A DNA stretch of 64,000 bases, taken from IMG/VR virus record IMGVR_UViG_3300036861_000330, positions 39,157 through 103,156 of that record; one strand, given 5' to 3'. Positions 47,305-57,584 of this stretch are shown in pieces. Both the position numbers and the translations under genes were made by a program. Below the pieces are notes generated by a model. It ran no database searches. It was not told the DNA's origin and was given only the letters and a program-made list of their open reading frames with translations. The stretch is from a virus. Position 1 is the stretch's first letter. The number at the start of each line of letters is the position of its first letter.

Positions 47305-47801
47305 TCAGCCCACACGATATAGCAGTATGCCAGCACTGCTGCGGTCGCCGTCACACGGACGCGAAGAATTCTTGAGGGCGCAAGCTGAAACTCGTCCGCG
47401 AGCGGCCACTGCTTCACGTACTGGTTCGTTGGCGCAATAAGCTGAATATCGCCGTACCGAGTTACGGTCGTAGCATTTTCAGCAGACGCAGTGAAACCCG
47501 TTGCTGCCGTACCAAGTGTCATAAGACTCGCTGGCAAGCCCGGGTCCGAGTACGGCTGCACACCAGATGCCGCGTGGGCAGTAACAGTTGCTCCAACAGC
47601 ACCAGTATCAACGAGTTCGCAACGAATTGGCGTTGCCGCAGCGCTACCGTCAAACGAGATACCCCACTCGATGACACGAAGCCCGCGTGTCGCTGGTGTT
47701 GCGACTTGGAGCAGCGTTTTGATCGCTGCTCCGGTCGTGATCGGGACAAGTGCTGCCGTTGTCGGCATCGCCCCGTTGAACGTAATATAGGTGTTCCGCA
47801 T
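47301..47801 (-). CDS. hypothetical virion protein
   Basis: RBS AAGGAGG; operon context. Confidence 0.7.
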   Translation of the reverse strand: MRNTYITFNGAMPTTAALVPITTGAAIKTLLQVATPATRGLRVIEWGISFDGSAAATPIRCELVDTGAVGATVTAHAASGVQPYSDPGLPASLMTLGTAATGFTASAENATTVTRYGDIQLIAPTNQYVKQWPLADEFQLAPSRILRVRVTATAAVLAYCYIVWAE

Positions 47802-47810
47802 TGATCCTCC

Positions 47811-48527
47811 TTACCAACGGGTTGAGCGCCGACGTGCTTCACGGGCCACAACGAATGGTGCCGCAGCACGAAACACAACAACTGGTTCAAGCACCGCAGC
47901 TACCAGAACTGACCAGACTAGTGGTACGCCGTTGAAGTCGTGGGTCAGGTTGCCGGTCGAGCCAGCCGTTGCCCTGGTGGCATCGAAGAACCAGCCGCCG
48001 CAGTCAGCGCCAGTTAAAATCGTGGTGTAACTCCGCTTGGTAAACGATGCGGGATCGGTCGCGGTCAGTGATGTGAAGTCGGTTGCCAGGTTGTCGCCAC
48101 TCATGCCGATGCTGGCCACAAACTGGTTTGCTGCGGTCGTTGTCACCCCAGTTGCGATACCTGGGTCAGCCGTTCCAGTGTTTGCAACTTGTGTAGCAAA
48201 CGGATTGCCACTGGTGGTTGCGCCTCGGATACCATGAACCTGCGCATATTTGTCAGCACTGGTTGCGCCCCAGTCGCACAGTGGGTCTGTCATCGCTCCC
48301 GATGTGGCCCGTACCCAAAACCAGTATGTACGCCAAGCGGTGCCCTGGTCACTTGGCCCAGCGAGCAGTGTCCAGCCAGACGGCGTCAGGCAGGTGTCGG
48401 CATTCGTTCGCTTGGCAGTCTGGCAAATCAGGATATCATTGGTCTGGTGTGCTGGGTTCACCGGCGTCACATCGGCGGTCGTCAACGCCCCAAGGAGAGT
48501 TCCTGACGCAACCCAAGTGACTGCCAC
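47811..48527 (-). CDS. hypothetical virion protein
   Basis: Beta-rich; TPSGWTLL motif similar to the N-terminal domain of 44961..46979. Confidence 0.7.
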   Translation of the reverse strand: MAVTWVASGTLLGALTTADVTPVNPAHQTNDILICQTAKRTNADTCLTPSGWTLLAGPSDQGTAWRTYWFWVRATSGAMTDPLCDWGATSADKYAQVHGIRGATTSGNPFATQVANTGTADPGIATGVTTTAANQFVASIGMSGDNLATDFTSLTATDPASFTKRSYTTILTGADCGGWFFDATRATAGSTGNLTHDFNGVPLVWSVLVAAVLEPVVVFRAAAPFVVAREARRRSTRW

Positions 48528-48530
48528 TCG

Positions 48531-49400
48531 TCACCCCACCACAAACTGGCCAGCCATCCACGCTGGTATACCACCAACCACCAGAGGGAACGGCGCAGCA
48601 ATGACGATCGACTCCCGACGTGGGCTGATCCACCCAAACGGGTCAGACGCTAACGCGATAATCTCGGTGTCAGTCAGCTTTCTGTTCCAGACCATCGCCT
48701 GAGAATAGTCACCGCCAACATTCAGGGTGCCCTGCTCGTCAGTCGCCAGGCGAATACCCTGCCCAGCCGTATAGCTGATAGTTCCAGTCACCGTCCCAGC
48801 CGATGTGGTCTGTGCCCACTCTGGTTTTCCACCATCGCTTAGTGCGTCCAGGGTCACAAGCTCACCAGAACGCCAGCGAGCAAAATAGTTCACGTATCTC
48901 GTTGTCGGCGGCACAGTGGTGCCATAGCTGGTCCGCTTGAATACCCCCGAAACCGCAAACGCCGCGTGGATACCCTGGGCTGGGGACTGGGTCTGAATGA
49001 TGAACGTGTCCCACGGGTCGGTGTCGGCGTACTTCTGCGTGAACATTCCACCATTGTTGTCATATGTTCCAGAAAACCGGTGGCGGACGTAGACGGTGAC
49101 CGCGTCCGTCGGCCGGTCGTGGGTGGGCTGGTCAACCCACTGCACCGTGGTATTTGATGCAGGCGTACACACCAGCGCCGTGTTGTGCTGAGCATCGTGC
49201 GTCCACCCAACCGCAACCGTGGATGCTGGCCGAAGGTTTGCAGCAAGTTCCCGCAACCCTTCATCCGTAGCGCTCAGCAGCGGCAGACCAAAGCATAAGC
49301 TGTCCCATACCCACGGCAGGCGAGTTGCAGGACCACGAACCAGCTTGCCAAACCGTGGCTTGGCAAAGTACGCCTGGGTTCGGTCGGTAATCGCCAGCAC
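48531..49400 (-). CDS. LamG/concanavalin-like virion protein
   Basis: MVWNRKLTDTEI..L..DPF C-terminal LamG signature. Confidence 0.7.
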   Translation of the reverse strand: MLAITDRTQAYFAKPRFGKLVRGPATRLPWVWDSLCFGLPLLSATDEGLRELAANLRPASTVAVGWTHDAQHNTALVCTPASNTTVQWVDQPTHDRPTDAVTVYVRHRFSGTYDNNGGMFTQKYADTDPWDTFIIQTQSPAQGIHAAFAVSGVFKRTSYGTTVPPTTRYVNYFARWRSGELVTLDALSDGGKPEWAQTTSAGTVTGTISYTAGQGIRLATDEQGTLNVGGDYSQAMVWNRKLTDTEIIALASDPFGWISPRRESIVIAAPFPLVVGGIPAWMAGQFVVG

Positions 49401-49403
49401 TGG

Positions 49404-49844
49404 TTACACGCTCTGCAACTGGTAGGGGTTCCTGTTCAACGTGCTGCCTGTTGCAGGAAATGCCTGGTTAGTAGTGTTCTGTAGCAAGTATTTGAACAAC
49501 CCTGATGGGAGTGCAATCCCACGAAGATGCATTCGCTGGGCAGTCGCAACTGCTCGAACGGTAAACCCACCAACGTAAAGACTTGACTGCGGCAGGACCG
49601 TAGTCGAGCCATCAGCATAATTTGTCCCGTCAATCGACGTGACCAAGTACACTTCGATCACAGTACCGACTGTCGGTGCAGACGCGAACGTGACGTTCAG
49701 CTCAAGGTCATCGAACAAGTCCAGGGTGGTGCTGTTGTCAATCGCTGCTGAAATCGCTTTTCCACTTGTGCCGGCAAGCGCGTTCAGCTCGGTTGTCATC
49801 GCCGCAACAACACCACGATACGGCCCTAACTGAATTGTTGCCAC
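49404..49844 (-). CDS. hypothetical virion protein
   Basis: SIDGTNY.DG motif; operon context. Confidence 0.7.
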   Translation of the reverse strand: MATIQLGPYRGVVAAMTTELNALAGTSGKAISAAIDNSTTLDLFDDLELNVTFASAPTVGTVIEVYLVTSIDGTNYADGSTTVLPQSSLYVGGFTVRAVATAQRMHLRGIALPSGLFKYLLQNTTNQAFPATGSTLNRNPYQLQSV

Positions 49845-49847
49845 GAA

Positions 49848-50306
49848 TTACCTTCCTAATGCCTGGCAGACCGTTTGCGCACTAACCGTAAATCCGTCGC
49901 CCCACAAAGCTTCTGCACGCGAGGCAAGCTTTTGCGCTGCTGCAAGCATATTGGTTCGCGATGTCCCTGCGGGAAAGATCAGGCCAAGCTGCGTACGAAC
50001 GTTCGTGTCACCAGTCTTCACCTGTCCAGGGCCAAACAGCAAGTTCAAGTAGTCCCTGTTGGACTGCGCAAGTGCGGCGTACTCGGTCAGGACAATGCCA
50101 GCAACCATATCCTCTGCAAGAACGGTACGCCGAAAGATCGACTCCTGACCACCAGTCACACCAACTGGCTCAGGGTTCTGATTCAGCAGGTTGGCCAAGG
50201 AACTACAGCTCGCAAACACAGCCGCATAGCCCATTGCAATCGGGTCAGTGTTCAACTCACTTGTCAGCGCCGCAAGCGTGTAGGTTCCAGGTGTCACAAC
50301 TGGCAT
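49848..50306 (-). CDS. hypothetical virion protein
   Basis: ELNTDP..GY...SRAEALWG motif. Confidence 0.7.
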   Translation of the reverse strand: MPVVTPGTYTLAALTSELNTDPIAMGYAAVFASCSSLANLLNQNPEPVGVTGGQESIFRRTVLAEDMVAGIVLTEYAALAQSNRDYLNLLFGPGQVKTGDTNVRTQLGLIFPAGTSRTNMLAAAQKLASRAEALWGDGFTVSAQTVCQALGR

Positions 50307-50415
50307 ACGTATTACTTCTCCTCTCCCTCACAACAGTGCTGTTTTTGCTTACAATGCGGGCACAACCACCGCGTGGCGATGGGATCGAACTGCCTTCCAC
50401 AGTTTGGGCATTCCA

Positions 50416-50721
50416 TTATAGGAAAACCATCAAGACATCCAAAACCGCGTCACCGAAATTTATATCGGCAGATGCAAACATCCGGTCAGGGTTCCCTAAA
50501 GAGACCCTAAACTCCTTGCCCGCGGCCAGACGAAGACCATTGGTCGTACTAATACTACTTTCACCAGCTAGTCGAGCAGGATTAGCACCGTTGTTTTGAA
50601 CAACCAACAAGTGGGACGGAGTGAACGGCTTATCTACCGATACCGTTGGGCCAACGACCTCTTGGTAAAGGTCCTTGACCGTACCGGCAGGAACGACAAC
50701 GTTCCTAACAAAGATTGGCAA
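50416..50721 (-). CDS. hypothetical protein
   Basis: RBS AGAGGG; operon context. Confidence 0.6.
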   Translation of the reverse strand: MPIFVRNVVVPAGTVKDLYQEVVGPTVSVDKPFTPSHLLVVQNNGANPARLAGESSISTTNGLRLAAGKEFRVSLGNPDRMFASADINFGDAVLDVLMVFL

Positions 50722-50732
50722 GTTCCCTCTTT

Positions 50733-51614
50733 CTAAAGCTTAAAAATATTCGGCACTGGCGTTTCCTGCCACGCTACCGTGATGTTACCGCCATTTGGCG
50801 TAACTGGGAGCCCAGAGGCAGCAAGCGAAATTAATCCATGATTGCCAGCAGCAATTGCCCCAGGGAGCGCGGTACAGGTAACAAATCTGTTCCCAGAAGT
50901 ACCAGTAACAGTTGTTGCGCTTACGCCATTCGAGAACGCAACTGTTTGGCTTGAGACGTTTGCCGGAAGTGGCTTGTCGAGCCAAATGGTCGTAGCAGAG
51001 GAAGCAGCGTCAGCGGCAACGATCCCCAAGAATTTTCCAGTAACTAACGCTGCCATTCTCGCCGTTGCCGGAGTTCCTGTATCCTGGAAAATCGCCACAG
51101 CCTCGACAGTGTTGCCAGTCACGGCGGTAAAGAGTACGTCAGCAGCGTCAGCGACACCAGCCGTCACCGTCTTCGAAGCAAGGTTTCCCGATAGGCCATT
51201 GGTGACTTGACATCCATCGAAGGCATCCCAAAATCGCGTACCAACAGTTCCACGGCCAAGGTTAACCGCGTACCCACCAGAACCTGCGCTACCAGCACCA
51301 ACAGAGTTCGTCGTGCCATCCGTGTAGCGAAGCAGTGAGAACACTGAGCCAGACGCCGCTGCGATGACCCATAACCCGTTCGCCGGAAGATTGTTAATGT
51401 GCTCCGCGATATAGACAATGTCACCGTTTGTATAGCCGTGCGCCACGGCGGTCGTCACGACGATCGGCGTTGCGACAGTTGAAGAGGTAATTTGTCGAAC
51501 ACCAACCTCCGCAGTGTTGAGATCCAGCAGCGCAGCCTTGAAGTTCTGAAGGTCCCAATCAAGGTCCCCGCTCAAAAACCCCTCTCGGCCAAACTCGAAC
51601 AGTGCATTAACCAC
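50733..51614 (-). CDS. virion structural protein
   Basis: NALF..GREGFL.G..DW...GVADAADV.F..V.G...GLPVTPNGGNITVAW pattern. Confidence 0.7.
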   Translation of the reverse strand: MVNALFEFGREGFLSGDLDWDLQNFKAALLDLNTAEVGVRQITSSTVATPIVVTTAVAHGYTNGDIVYIAEHINNLPANGLWVIAAASGSVFSLLRYTDGTTNSVGAGSAGSGGYAVNLGRGTVGTRFWDAFDGCQVTNGLSGNLASKTVTAGVADAADVLFTAVTGNTVEAVAIFQDTGTPATARMAALVTGKFLGIVAADAASSATTIWLDKPLPANVSSQTVAFSNGVSATTVTGTSGNRFVTCTALPGAIAAGNHGLISLAASGLPVTPNGGNITVAWQETPVPNIFKL

Positions 51615-51633
51615 GTTCCCCCTCCTCCCATCC

Positions 51634-52380
51634 TTATGGCGTCGGTGTCTTCAGCGCTGTTACATCAGCCTGAAGCTTTCTAACCGCATCCAAAATTGCC
51701 TCAAGGTTCACCGAGTGCGTGTCGCTGCCGCCGACCTCCCCTTGCACGTCTCCATAAGTCTGCACCCTGTAGTCGTTCACCTTGGCAACTTCCTCGGCAA
51801 CAATGCGCCGAAACGTTGCTTCGTCCATATCAACCTCCATGTGCAGGAATGCTGGGACAACGGTGGTAGTCCACTGCGCCACCCGAATGGGCTTGCCTGG
51901 ACAGGTCTTCCCGACTGCTGGCGTCCAGTTGCTTGGCGAGCCAAACAGTGAGTGGTACCCAATCCCACTCGCCTGTGTCCCACTGTCAGCCACTGCAACT
52001 CGACGCGGAATCGTCGGGTGAACCGTGGCGAGCTTGTCATGAAGCCAGACAAGACTGTTGAGCTGCATACCCGTCCACGGGTCATTATTTGGGTCGCCGT
52101 TGTCTTCAGTCTCAACCGAGATCGCATAGCTGTTTGCATTAAAATTTGCATCAGCCTCTCGGTCGGTGTCCATGAACTGCCAGATGACACCAGGCTTGGT
52201 AATCGAGAAGTGTGACTCAATGCCAGTCGAGTCACGGAAGTAGTAGTACGTCCCGAGGCTTGACCCGACTTGACTATGGTCAATAATCGTGCGCGGCGTC
52301 GTCTTCGGCTGGCTGTTCCACTCTGGCAGCAGCATCAGTTTGCCGCCGTGCGGCGACCCATCAAAGCTGAGTAAGGCCAC
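51634..52380 (-). CDS. endolysin, N-acetylmuramoyl-L-alanine amidase (Amidase_2)
   Basis: IIDHS, ESHF, ISVETED, GYH...KTCPG Zn-amidase motifs. Confidence 0.88.
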   Translation of the reverse strand: MALLSFDGSPHGGKLMLLPEWNSQPKTTPRTIIDHSQVGSSLGTYYYFRDSTGIESHFSITKPGVIWQFMDTDREADANFNANSYAISVETEDNGDPNNDPWTGMQLNSLVWLHDKLATVHPTIPRRVAVADSGTQASGIGYHSLFGSPSNWTPAVGKTCPGKPIRVAQWTTTVVPAFLHMEVDMDEATFRRIVAEEVAKVNDYRVQTYGDVQGEVGGSDTHSVNLEAILDAVRKLQADVTALKTPTP

Positions 52381-52548
52381 TAGACACGCTCCACGTCGCC
52401 GGGGTCCTCACCCTGTGGGTCGTCATCGCCGTAGTACTCAACCAACTGTTCTTTGTAGTGGCGTGGAACCGCTGCTGCACAGTCATACGATTTGCCATCC
52501 AACGCACGAGCCGACAGTGGGTACTTGTCTTTTGCCATCGTTGCTCCT

Positions 52549-52917
52549 CTACTTCGGCTTCAGCTTTTTGCAGTCACGCCCACCTGCCGGAATGGCACTG
52601 TTCCACTTCTTCCAAATCGCACGCTCCTGAGGATCACCGACCATCGTCAAGTCATCCAAAAGTTTTCGAGAACGAGTACTGTTTTTGTTGGCAGCAACAC
52701 ACTCGTCATAGGCAGCTTTTTGACCCCTACGCTCCAACGACGCGACCCGCTCAATAAGCGCCCTGTTTAACTCCGCCTGCCTCTCAACACGAGAGATATC
52801 CTTGTCACGAACCGAGACGACAACAGCAAACGTTGCGATGAAAATAACGATACACAAGACGATCGCCCACAGAAGCTTCCAGTTCATGTTTTCAGCGCGC
52901 TGACGCATCCGGCTCAC
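52549..52917 (-). CDS. membrane-anchored protein (lysis cassette)
   Basis: N-terminal TM helix plus coiled coil, next to the endolysin. Confidence 0.6.
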   Translation of the reverse strand: MSRMRQRAENMNWKLLWAIVLCIVIFIATFAVVVSVRDKDISRVERQAELNRALIERVASLERRGQKAAYDECVAANKNSTRSRKLLDDLTMVGDPQERAIWKKWNSAIPAGGRDCKKLKPK

Positions 52918-53126
52918 CTCTTCCCAACTAGAAGCTGAATTATATCGCCGAGCTTTGCGAGCCCCATCATGACCCCGTAAAGCAGTAGTAGTGACGGCCG
53001 AGGATCGCTATGCCACCCTGCCTCATACACCACGCCTCCAAGTCCACTAAAGAACAAGACTTTCGTACTTACCTTGGCCCACCCATTGACTGCGACTGGT
53101 CCATTTGGCGGCACACTCCCCACCAC
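52914..53126 (-). CDS. small two-TM membrane protein (holin-like)
   Basis: Two hydrophobic segments; next to the lysis genes. Confidence 0.55.
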   Translation of the reverse strand: MVGSVPPNGPVAVNGWAKVSTKVLFFSGLGGVVYEAGWHSDPRPSLLLLYGVMMGLAKLGDIIQLLVGKR

Positions 53127-53138
53127 ACCCCCCGTTTC

Positions 53139-54632
53139 CTATCCGCCACTTTTGTCTTGCCCGCTATGTGACTGGCCAGCGTTCACCGGTGGTTTCTTCG
53201 CCTGTCGCGGGAGTCCTGGCCTGGCACCTTGGCTCTTTGTTGGTGTGTTTGTTGGGTCGCCACCCTGTGGCTCAACCGGCATAACATCCTCAGCATGCTG
53301 CAACTCAAGCTGTGCAACCTTGCGGTCAGTCGCCTCGTCCCGTCGTGGCAGATCCATCTCGTCACGGACCCACGCTTCAAGATGTTCATCAGCACGAATA
53401 ATGTCAGCACCAACGAAGTTGCGGATGGCAAAGCTAAGCGTGCGCCAGTCGGCAGTCTCACCAACGCGGCGCACTTTGAGCTGTGGGTATCCGCTCCCAG
53501 TGTACATGAAGTTGTAGTCAACAAGCTGTGGGATCGCGTATTTGTTAAATGTGTCCCTGACAACATCAGCCACGAACCGGCTAGCCTTCAGGAAAATCTC
53601 GTTATCAGCCGACACGTCGCCGGTCTTGTCAAGGAATGCGCCAAGGATGTTGGTGGTAATCATTCGGTTGTGGTGCTCAACCGACTCCATCGCGTTGACC
53701 GGCTGGCCTTCAAGCTTGGCAAACTCGATTTCCCACAGTGGAGGAATGACTACGTGCGCCTTCTCATTCACACGAAGATTTCGCCCGATCTCATCGGCCA
53801 GCCGCTTGTCCCCACCGCTGAAGTTCGGTGGGAGCTTGATGATCGGAATCCCGATCCCATGCCGTTCTTTCTGAATGGCATCGATCTTATAAAGGTTGTC
53901 CTTGAAGTACCAGTGCTTATATGCACTTCGGAGGGCGGACATCCCAGTGATGTTCCCTGCCTCTTTGTCGTTCGTAAACACGAGCAGTTTATCTATCGGG
54001 ATGACAACACGTGTCGGCGTATTGAGATCATAATTCACCATCTCAACACCCAGTGGGCCTCCTTGACGGTCGAAGTACCACTGCTGGACATCAAGAGGGT
54101 GGCGCGGAGCGAGCTTCTTCCACACCACGCGAAATTCGCCTTCAACCTTCCGCAGGTCATAGACTTTCTCGAACATGAAGTAGCCGAAATCCAGCATGAG
54201 CAGGGCTTGCGTCAGGCATTCCGTCCACGAGATTGACATAAACTCATTCAGACACCGCCATGTAAACTTGGCGATGTTGATGTCTTTCTTCGCGTCACTT
54301 GCCGGTTCCATATACCAGCGACCGGCCAGGACAGGTGTCTTCAACAGTCGCAGGGATGCGCGCACTTGGGCATCACTTCGGCGCATCTCATCAAACTTGC
54401 GCACACCCTGGACACCACGCAGCGTCGCGTTATACTCATCACGCTGGTAATGTGTGTACATCGTGGTACCGGTACCGCCAAGCTCGGAATAGTCAACGAT
54501 GGCAGGGTCGGCAAGCATCCGACGCTGCACGACCATGTACCCCTCGTCAGCAATACTGACAGGCTCGTACTCCTTGAAAATCTCTTCCAAGGATGTCGTT
54601 CGCGTCTGGATTTCGCCGTTCTCCTCTACCAT
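53139..54632 (-). CDS. portal protein (Mu gp29/DUF935-like)
   Basis: FDEMRRSDAQV, G.SALRSAYKHWYFK, ERHGIGIP and IPQLVDYNF; ATG at 54632 after AAGGGA. Confidence 0.9.
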   Translation of the reverse strand: MVEENGEIQTRTTSLEEIFKEYEPVSIADEGYMVVQRRMLADPAIVDYSELGGTGTTMYTHYQRDEYNATLRGVQGVRKFDEMRRSDAQVRASLRLLKTPVLAGRWYMEPASDAKKDINIAKFTWRCLNEFMSISWTECLTQALLMLDFGYFMFEKVYDLRKVEGEFRVVWKKLAPRHPLDVQQWYFDRQGGPLGVEMVNYDLNTPTRVVIPIDKLLVFTNDKEAGNITGMSALRSAYKHWYFKDNLYKIDAIQKERHGIGIPIIKLPPNFSGGDKRLADEIGRNLRVNEKAHVVIPPLWEIEFAKLEGQPVNAMESVEHHNRMITTNILGAFLDKTGDVSADNEIFLKASRFVADVVRDTFNKYAIPQLVDYNFMYTGSGYPQLKVRRVGETADWRTLSFAIRNFVGADIIRADEHLEAWVRDEMDLPRRDEATDRKVAQLELQHAEDVMPVEPQGGDPTNTPTKSQGARPGLPRQAKKPPVNAGQSHSGQDKSGG

Positions 54633-54648
54633 CAACGTTCCCTTCCGT

Positions 54649-54766
54649 TGGCGCCTAATGTACACGCGAGAAGCTGGGATAGTGTCGGCGCCTCAACATC
54701 ACCCGACAGTCTGTTGGTTTTACGGCGCCTATGTACTCCTCGCAGATCTGTGATCGCGACGGCGCC
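54649..54766 (+). repeat. TIGR-like mini-array (3 units), antisense, between terminase and portal
   Basis: Edge repeats at 54649, 54686, 54723, 54760 (37-nt period) with loop repeats. Confidence 0.9.
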
Positions 54767-54771
54767 ACTTG

Positions 54772-57231
54772 TCAGAACACCATCTCCTTAGAAAAGTCAA
54801 ATATCGTCTCGCCACCCATGTAGACCGACGCTTCCTGGTCGATGGTCGGGTAGTTGGTATACTCACCTTCTCCGACTGATGTGCGGTTGGCATCGTACAG
54901 CTCGTCCAGGTGGCGCCCAGCCCCCAGGTCGTAAAGGTGGACGAGGGCGTAGCGGATAGCGTCCATTGCGTGGTCGTCGCGCTTGAATGGCTTGTCCTGA
55001 GGGTCTGCGCCGGTTTTTGGCTCAGGAGCGGCGCGATAGTTATTGAACTCGTGGATGACGTGCTTGCAGGAGTGGTCCACGAAAAGCTTTGGAGCCAGTT
55101 CTGGCGTTCCGAACTCGTCTTTGGTAACACCGGTTTCTCTTTCTTGGAGAAACCATTTGACACGATCGACTCCCATACGCCAATTCTTTTTCGCATCCGG
55201 CTCAGCCCACGTTCCAACCAGGTGGCGAGACATATACACAGCCGCATCGGGGTCAGCAGCGTCCCCGAAACCACAGTCCAGATGATATCCGTCAGGATTA
55301 GCACGATTTTTGAGCATACGAACGTGATCTTCAAGCGTATAACCGCTCGCATAATGCTCCCTCCAAATCCTTACTTCATCTTGCGGTGTAACTTGGAACT
55401 CAATCGCCGCAAAACTGTTTGAGAACCCCCAGTCAAACCCCATATAGTTCGGGAGTTTCGGGTCAAATGTCAGCCGCTTGACGTGTGTCTTCTCATCCCA
55501 CTCCGAGTAGATCTTGCCAACAAACGCCGTGAACTCTGCGCCATACTCTTGAAGAAACCATTCCAACGTTGTAGTTGCTTCAACGAGCTTAATTTCTGGG
55601 TCTTGGCGGCCACCAGGAAACACAACTGGGTTGTTCCAGCTCGGGAACTGCCATGATTCCCAGTCCGGATAGTCTGGATTCTGGCCCAACTGCCAAAGCT
55701 TGTGCAGCCAGTTCTGCCCTTCTGGTGTCGTGGGGAAGTCTGCACCGCCATGCCGGTCAGAAAGTGCTGGCCGAAGATATTTCTCCCACGTCTCTTTACG
55801 GTGCTTTGCGGCCTCAGAAAGAATAATCCAGTCGAGCCCTTCACCGACAAGCGTCTCCGGGTGGTCAGCAGAGCGAACTTCGACTCGCGACTGCCATGGG
55901 AACTCAATATACATATTCCCCTGTTTGACCGAGTACGCCTTTTTCACACGCTTGTCGAGCCCCATCCTCTTACCAATAATAAAGTCATTCCAGATGACCC
56001 GGAACTCTTTCTCTCCAAGGTCGTACGTCGGCGCACAAATCCATCCACGTGTACCAGGAAGTAGTAACGTGAGTTCCCTGTCTCTTGCTGCCATCGTTGA
56101 GTTATGTGTTGGAATACATGCTCGTCCAGCGAGGTACATATGGCTTGGGCTATCAACCTGGATGCACCTTACCGGGACTGTCTCAACTGACTCGACAGCC
56201 CTCACCGTACGAATACCGCGCGACGGTGAAAACGCTTTAGCGAACTGTTGAGCCACCTTACGCGACAGTTTGAACACTGGGAACGTTGCAGTAATATTTA
56301 ACCTGTGTGCCAGCCCGCAATCCCTCTCGTAAAGCTTTGCACGTCGAGTTGACCGAACGACCTTACATCCAAGGCCAAGCGCTAGCTCCTCAACGCCATC
56401 AATAATCTCACGACTCATCATCGTAAGATCACATTGCCCGTTAGGGTTGACACCGCCATCGGTGTCCATAATCCCATGAAGGAGGTCCTTGCGCTGACTC
56501 ACACTGGCGCGGAAATATTCACTGGGGATGTACTTGTTGTTCAGCAGCCCTGCTTCCTTCAGTTGGACATGAAGACCAAGAATGCCATAGTTACCACGAT
56601 AAGCGTTTGGTGACACCACATATCCACGCTGCTCAATCTCGTCCAAAATCCCTTGGTCAAAGCAGGTAATTCTACCCATAGCCGAATGCCCATCGCCAAG
56701 CCACACACCCAGCACATACGGATCAATTAACAACTTCGCTTCGTCGTACTGAAGAGGCTCAGCCACACGAACAGCATGGTTCAGTTCCTCGCCATACCAA
56801 AGCGTCTCAGCCATCTCCATCGTGGTCACAACTCTTGGTTGTGAATGGCGACGAGAGTCAGTTAGCGCTTTACGAGCCGGCTTATCCCATGTTAGCCAGT
56901 TGTGTTCAGCGTCAGCAACAATTGTGCTGCCATCACTGAACACAACTCGATAGCAGTGGTGACCGAACATCACGTCAGTTACAGCCGTAACCGTACAAGG
57001 TTGTCCACGATCATCGAATACAATGTCGCCAGTCTCCAATTCTGCCATTGTTCGCCAACCACTAAGCGTAGGGATCGGCGTAGCAACATCCAACGCCTTC
57101 CCGTAGCGACGGCCGCAGCAAGGTACACGGAATCTGGCAGGACTGTTGTGGTACGCCCACTGCTCAGGTCCATGTGGTACATAGCCAACGGACTGGAAGA
57201 ACTTTGCCTTGCTTACTCGCGCAGTGGTCAT
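54772..57231 (-). CDS. terL: terminase large subunit containing an intein
   Basis: Walker A CGRRYGK/S split by the intein; GEGLDWIILSEAA; TTPEG; nuclease GFDWGF and DDHAMDAIRY. Confidence 0.93.
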   Translation of the reverse strand: MTTARVSKAKFFQSVGYVPHGPEQWAYHNSPARFRVPCCGRRYGKALDVATPIPTLSGWRTMAELETGDIVFDDRGQPCTVTAVTDVMFGHHCYRVVFSDGSTIVADAEHNWLTWDKPARKALTDSRRHSQPRVVTTMEMAETLWYGEELNHAVRVAEPLQYDEAKLLIDPYVLGVWLGDGHSAMGRITCFDQGILDEIEQRGYVVSPNAYRGNYGILGLHVQLKEAGLLNNKYIPSEYFRASVSQRKDLLHGIMDTDGGVNPNGQCDLTMMSREIIDGVEELALGLGCKVVRSTRRAKLYERDCGLAHRLNITATFPVFKLSRKVAQQFAKAFSPSRGIRTVRAVESVETVPVRCIQVDSPSHMYLAGRACIPTHNSTMAARDRELTLLLPGTRGWICAPTYDLGEKEFRVIWNDFIIGKRMGLDKRVKKAYSVKQGNMYIEFPWQSRVEVRSADHPETLVGEGLDWIILSEAAKHRKETWEKYLRPALSDRHGGADFPTTPEGQNWLHKLWQLGQNPDYPDWESWQFPSWNNPVVFPGGRQDPEIKLVEATTTLEWFLQEYGAEFTAFVGKIYSEWDEKTHVKRLTFDPKLPNYMGFDWGFSNSFAAIEFQVTPQDEVRIWREHYASGYTLEDHVRMLKNRANPDGYHLDCGFGDAADPDAAVYMSRHLVGTWAEPDAKKNWRMGVDRVKWFLQERETGVTKDEFGTPELAPKLFVDHSCKHVIHEFNNYRAAPEPKTGADPQDKPFKRDDHAMDAIRYALVHLYDLGAGRHLDELYDANRTSVGEGEYTNYPTIDQEASVYMGGETIFDFSKEMVF
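56101..57096 (-). mobile_element. Ala1 (class 3-type) intein with LAGLIDADG homing endonuclease
   Basis: Begins ALDVATPIPT and ends IPTHN before Ser+1; W (HNW), C (VRCIQV) and T (PTHN) triplet; LGVWLGDG and LHGIMDTDG. Confidence 0.88.
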
Positions 57232-57305
57232 TTACTTCCTTCGTAAGCGCTGCACCAAGCGCTTCCAAAGTGCAGTGCGCCAGTCAGGTTTGCTCAGGAT
57301 ACCCA

Positions 57306-57584
57306 TCAGTTTCCTCGATACACAACGTACACATTCGTCTGGTTGTGCGAGGTCTGCTCTGCCACCGCAACACCAGCATTGATCGGACTCATTTGCCCGG
57401 TGGTCGCCGTCGTCGCGGCAACCTTCGGCGTCGCAGCCCACAGGGAATGGAGTGGTGAGCGGTCAAATGCCAGCACAAGCGTGACACCAGCACCAGCAGA
57501 AATGATTTGTGCTGGGCGCCACTTGCCAGTCGCGTCACGGTAGTTGACGTAAGCGCCAACCCGACGACGTTTTGTACTAGGCAT
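57306..57584 (-). CDS. hypothetical protein
   Basis: ORF in the late operon. Confidence 0.55.
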   Translation of the reverse strand: MPSTKRRRVGAYVNYRDATGKWRPAQIISAGAGVTLVLAFDRSPLHSLWAATPKVAATTATTGQMSPINAGVAVAEQTSHNQTNVYVVYRGN

